A stretch of 64,000 nt of DNA from an uncultured Candidatus Poseidoniales archaeon. GTDB taxonomy: Archaea; Thermoplasmatota; Poseidoniia; Poseidoniales; Thalassarchaeaceae. Shown here in pieces: positions 61,398-64,000 of this stretch (its first letter is position 1; each line of letters begins with the position of its first letter). The notes under the pieces were generated by a model. It had not been told where the DNA came from, did not search any database, and saw nothing but the letters and a program-made list of their open reading frames with translations. Where the stretch lies: assembly GCA_964576865.1 (NCBI GenBank), contig CAZNVK010000001.1, positions 50,697 to 114,696 of the forward strand. The letters are read 5' to 3'. The position numbers and the translations under genes are program-made.

Positions 61398-61547
61398 CCT
61401 TTGACCTCTTTCGACGAAGCATTCCACCCGACATCGGGCTATCAAGGTTTCAGTTTGACCCCTACGGGGTCCCTCTCTGTGACGCCCCTCGGGTGGGGGG
61501 TTCGTAACCTGCGAAACCTCAAACGAATCAGCGTTCTCGATGGTGTG

Positions 61548-61853
61548 ATGGCAGGTCCGGTTTGGAAGAATATCTACCGCCTCAGCGATGAGCAGATTGC
61601 CAGCCTCGATGAGGCGGAGGACAAGATGGAAATGATGGATATCAACGGGGCGGAGGAGATACTTCTAGCGATGTTGGAGGTCGATGCGAATTGTGTTCCG
61701 GTACTCAATAATCTCGCGCATATGAATGGACGCTACCTCTCTGATTTTGAGAAAGCTGTCGAGTATTATGATCGAGTTCTAGAAATTGAACCTGACAATG
61801 CTTGGGCGCGAGATGAGCGGAGACGATACCAGCGTTATCTAACGTATGATTGA
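61548..61853 (+). CDS. Small TPR protein
   Basis: VLNNLAH...FEKAVEYYDRVLEIEPDNAWA; GGTGTG SD. Confidence 0.75.
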   Translation: MAGPVWKNIYRLSDEQIASLDEAEDKMEMMDINGAEEILLAMLEVDANCVPVLNNLAHMNGRYLSDFEKAVEYYDRVLEIEPDNAWARDERRRYQRYLTYD

Positions 61854-62854
61854 GCCCTCCTCGCAACCAACATCGCATCCAATCTTCGACTCGTAAGAGG
61901 AGTCCGCGACCCTCAGTTTCAAGGCGCGCCCGCGACGGGGCTCGACTCGTGCACGAGGGCGCGATACTGATTGCAGGAGTCGGTGGGCTCGGTTGCATCT
62001 GGGCCGACGCCGCCCATCGCGAGTGCGATGGCTTGGCCGACCTACTGCTGATCGATGCTGACGAGACCTCATTCCGCGGTTCAGGCCAAGCCCACTGCCT
62101 ACACCTCGACGCGGTCGGTGATGGCAGCGGTGCCGCTGCTCTACCCCCACTCGCCGCTCACCGGCTCAGCGAAGGTTTCTCCTCCCTCGATCCATTGTTG
62201 GAGAAGGCTGAGTTGGTCTTCATCATGGCAGGATTGGGTGGTGGAACAGGATCGGGTGCCGCCAATGAATTAGCTCGTCTCGCGAGAGCGCGAAACTGCT
62301 TGGTTCTGAGTGTCGCTGGCCTACCATTTGCTGAACAACCATTGCGCTGTGCGATAGCGAACGCTGCTCTGCCCGCGCTCGAGGAGCAGTCCCATGTCTG
62401 CATACGCGTGAGCATGGAGAGACTGGCATGGTACGCCCGAGCCAGAGATGCCGATTGGCAGCAAGGCTCGGGCTGGATCCAAGATCTTGTCGAGGGTCTG
62501 GTGACGACCCTTGCGAAAGTAGGCAAATTGAATCTCGATTTGATGGATCTTCGAACGGTGGTAGAGCATTCCGGCGAAGCCACTTTGATAGTCGGAACCG
62601 GTACTGTCGTCGACCCATCTGGTGTGGTGGAAGTTGCTCGCCGCTCGCCGCTCGCAGAGATAGATGTCTCTGGAGCCAAGGGCTGTCTAATCCAAGTAGA
62701 GGGCGGTCCGGATATGACTCTAGCTCACCTAAACCTCCTCAGCGAATCCTTGGTCGACAGTTTACATCCGAATTGTCAAGTAATCCTCGGCGCCAGAGCC
62801 AGTGATGAGATGGTTGGAAGGTTGCGATTGGTAGCGGTTGTCAGCGGCCTTTGA
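61850..62854 (+). CDS. Divergent FtsZ-family protein
   Basis: AGLGGGTGSGA tubulin signature, NLDLMD T7 loop, SPL..ID..GAKG.LI.V.GG.DM and VILGA; no C-terminal tail. Confidence 0.8.
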   Translation: MSPPRNQHRIQSSTRKRSPRPSVSRRARDGARLVHEGAILIAGVGGLGCIWADAAHRECDGLADLLLIDADETSFRGSGQAHCLHLDAVGDGSGAAALPPLAAHRLSEGFSSLDPLLEKAELVFIMAGLGGGTGSGAANELARLARARNCLVLSVAGLPFAEQPLRCAIANAALPALEEQSHVCIRVSMERLAWYARARDADWQQGSGWIQDLVEGLVTTLAKVGKLNLDLMDLRTVVEHSGEATLIVGTGTVVDPSGVVEVARRSPLAEIDVSGAKGCLIQVEGGPDMTLAHLNLLSESLVDSLHPNCQVILGARASDEMVGRLRLVAVVSGL

Positions 62855-62945
62855 TTCCGCAGCAGTAAACCAGCACATCCAATAATCGGGATTCCGACTG
62901 TTCTCACAGCGCGAATTGGTTAAGCGGATACCTCTTGCGATGTAC

Positions 62946-63257
62946 ATGCCCAAACCACGCAAGGCCTCACGTGGTAAGCATCGTTGGATAGGAATCGAGT
63001 ATACCCAAGAGTCTCTGTCTAGGCCGGAAGTCGAGAAAAAGTTAGCTGAAAATTTGGCTGCAATCGAGTTCCGATTATTTGATTGTAAGAATTCAGCCAA
63101 ATCTACACTCGGAATAATCAAAATCGCACTAGAGGATTATGATTACGCGCGCACCGCACTTGAAACGGCTGAGGGCGTTGAAACCAGGACCTCGTCGGGT
63201 AAGATTCGTCTGGTGAGGGAGAGATTGGGTCTTCCTCGCCCGGTCAGAAAGCGATGA
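62946..63257 (+). CDS. RNase P protein Pop5/Rpp14 family
   Basis: RGKHRWIG and TSSGKIRLVRERL motifs. Confidence 0.65.
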   Translation: MPKPRKASRGKHRWIGIEYTQESLSRPEVEKKLAENLAAIEFRLFDCKNSAKSTLGIIKIALEDYDYARTALETAEGVETRTSSGKIRLVRERLGLPRPVRKR

Positions 63258-63957
63258 GTAATTCACCAACATCATCTGTTTGACCGAGTTGAGCGTCATC
63301 GATCAGCTGCAAGGCTCCTGATTCTTCCAAACCCACGATTCGTACGGTAGTTGCTCCACTTTCACACACAACGCCTCTTGAGAGGGAGCGAGCCATTGCC
63401 CGCCAGGACTCGCTGCGCAATTGCTCAGGAGTTGTTTTGGGGATGGGTGGGTTTGAATCGAATAGCGAGGCGATCGCGGCATCGACTCTCTGAAACACCT
63501 CGCTCGCCTTGATTTCACCGACGGTCTCTGACCAGCCTGCAGTCGAGACTCCATCTAATTCTCTAGGCCTGCGGTTCAGGCCAACGCCGATCCTCACCCT
63601 TCTGTCGAGTGAGCTTGATTCGACGAGGATTCCACCTGCTTTTCTTCCCTCGAAAATGAGATCATTTGGCCATTTCACCTCCATCGAGAGGGTATCTGCT
63701 AGACTCGCGCCAACCGCGGTCTGAATCAAGCCAGGAGAGTATAGATCGAGGATTGAGGGTTCGAGGCTCCAAGTTGCTGTCAGATCTTCATCGGAAGAAA
63801 CCCAAGCCGAGCTCTGTCTTCCTCTACCCGAATTCTGAACTCCTGCTCGGAGTCTCAGCCAGCCTTCTCCAGAAAGATCTCTGGCTGCGTCCATCGTCGA
63901 GTCACACTCTTTGATGAAGGATTCTGGTCGGCCTGAAGCTGGCTTCCAGATTGCCAT
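63244..63957 (-). CDS. birA: Biotin--protein ligase (BirA-type, no HTH)
   Basis: DSTMD, QNSGRGRQ..W.S, VKWPNDL, KAGGILVE and IGVGLN. Start uncertain near the window edge. Confidence 0.88.
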   Translation of the reverse strand: MAIWKPASGRPESFIKECDSTMDAARDLSGEGWLRLRAGVQNSGRGRQSSAWVSSDEDLTATWSLEPSILDLYSPGLIQTAVGASLADTLSMEVKWPNDLIFEGRKAGGILVESSSLDRRVRIGVGLNRRPRELDGVSTAGWSETVGEIKASEVFQRVDAAIASLFDSNPPIPKTTPEQLRSESWRAMARSLSRGVVCESGATTVRIVGLEESGALQLIDDAQLGQTDDVGELLIAF

Positions 63958-64000
63958 GACGTAGAGGGTATCATGCCCTATTCGTTGATTGACCAAACAT

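Overview
Core-genome window from a euryarchaeon. It carries archaeal uS15, aIF6, Rpp21, Pop5, ArcS, type II GAPDH and GluRS, an unlinked 23S-5S rRNA unit and several giant surface proteins, which fits Marine Group II (Ca. Poseidoniales); this placement is inferred. I call about 50 CDS, one 23S and one 5S rRNA gene, and found no 16S gene, tRNA, CRISPR array or mobile element. The most unusual locus is a minus-strand respiratory operon at about 55.2-61.4 kb. It encodes a membrane-anchored Reeler-like protein with a CxCH motif, a small membrane protein, a Tat-exported Rieske protein, a split b6-type cytochrome b with the heme-ci cysteine, and a subunit IV fused to a complete HdrD-like module (2x[4Fe-4S] plus 2 CCG domains), followed by a ferredoxin. 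No cytochrome c1/f gene is present. Also notable are an NLR-like wHTH-STAND-TPR protein, a pyroglutamyl-peptidase/Nudix fusion, a GXGXG/degenerate glutamate-synthase fusion, a canonical bulge-helix-bulge stem around the 23S gene, a zinc-ribbon protein with five LPFG repeats, a divergent FtsZ and two small ORFs missing from the supplied track. All calls come from reading motifs by eye; no database searches were run, so novelty is unverified.
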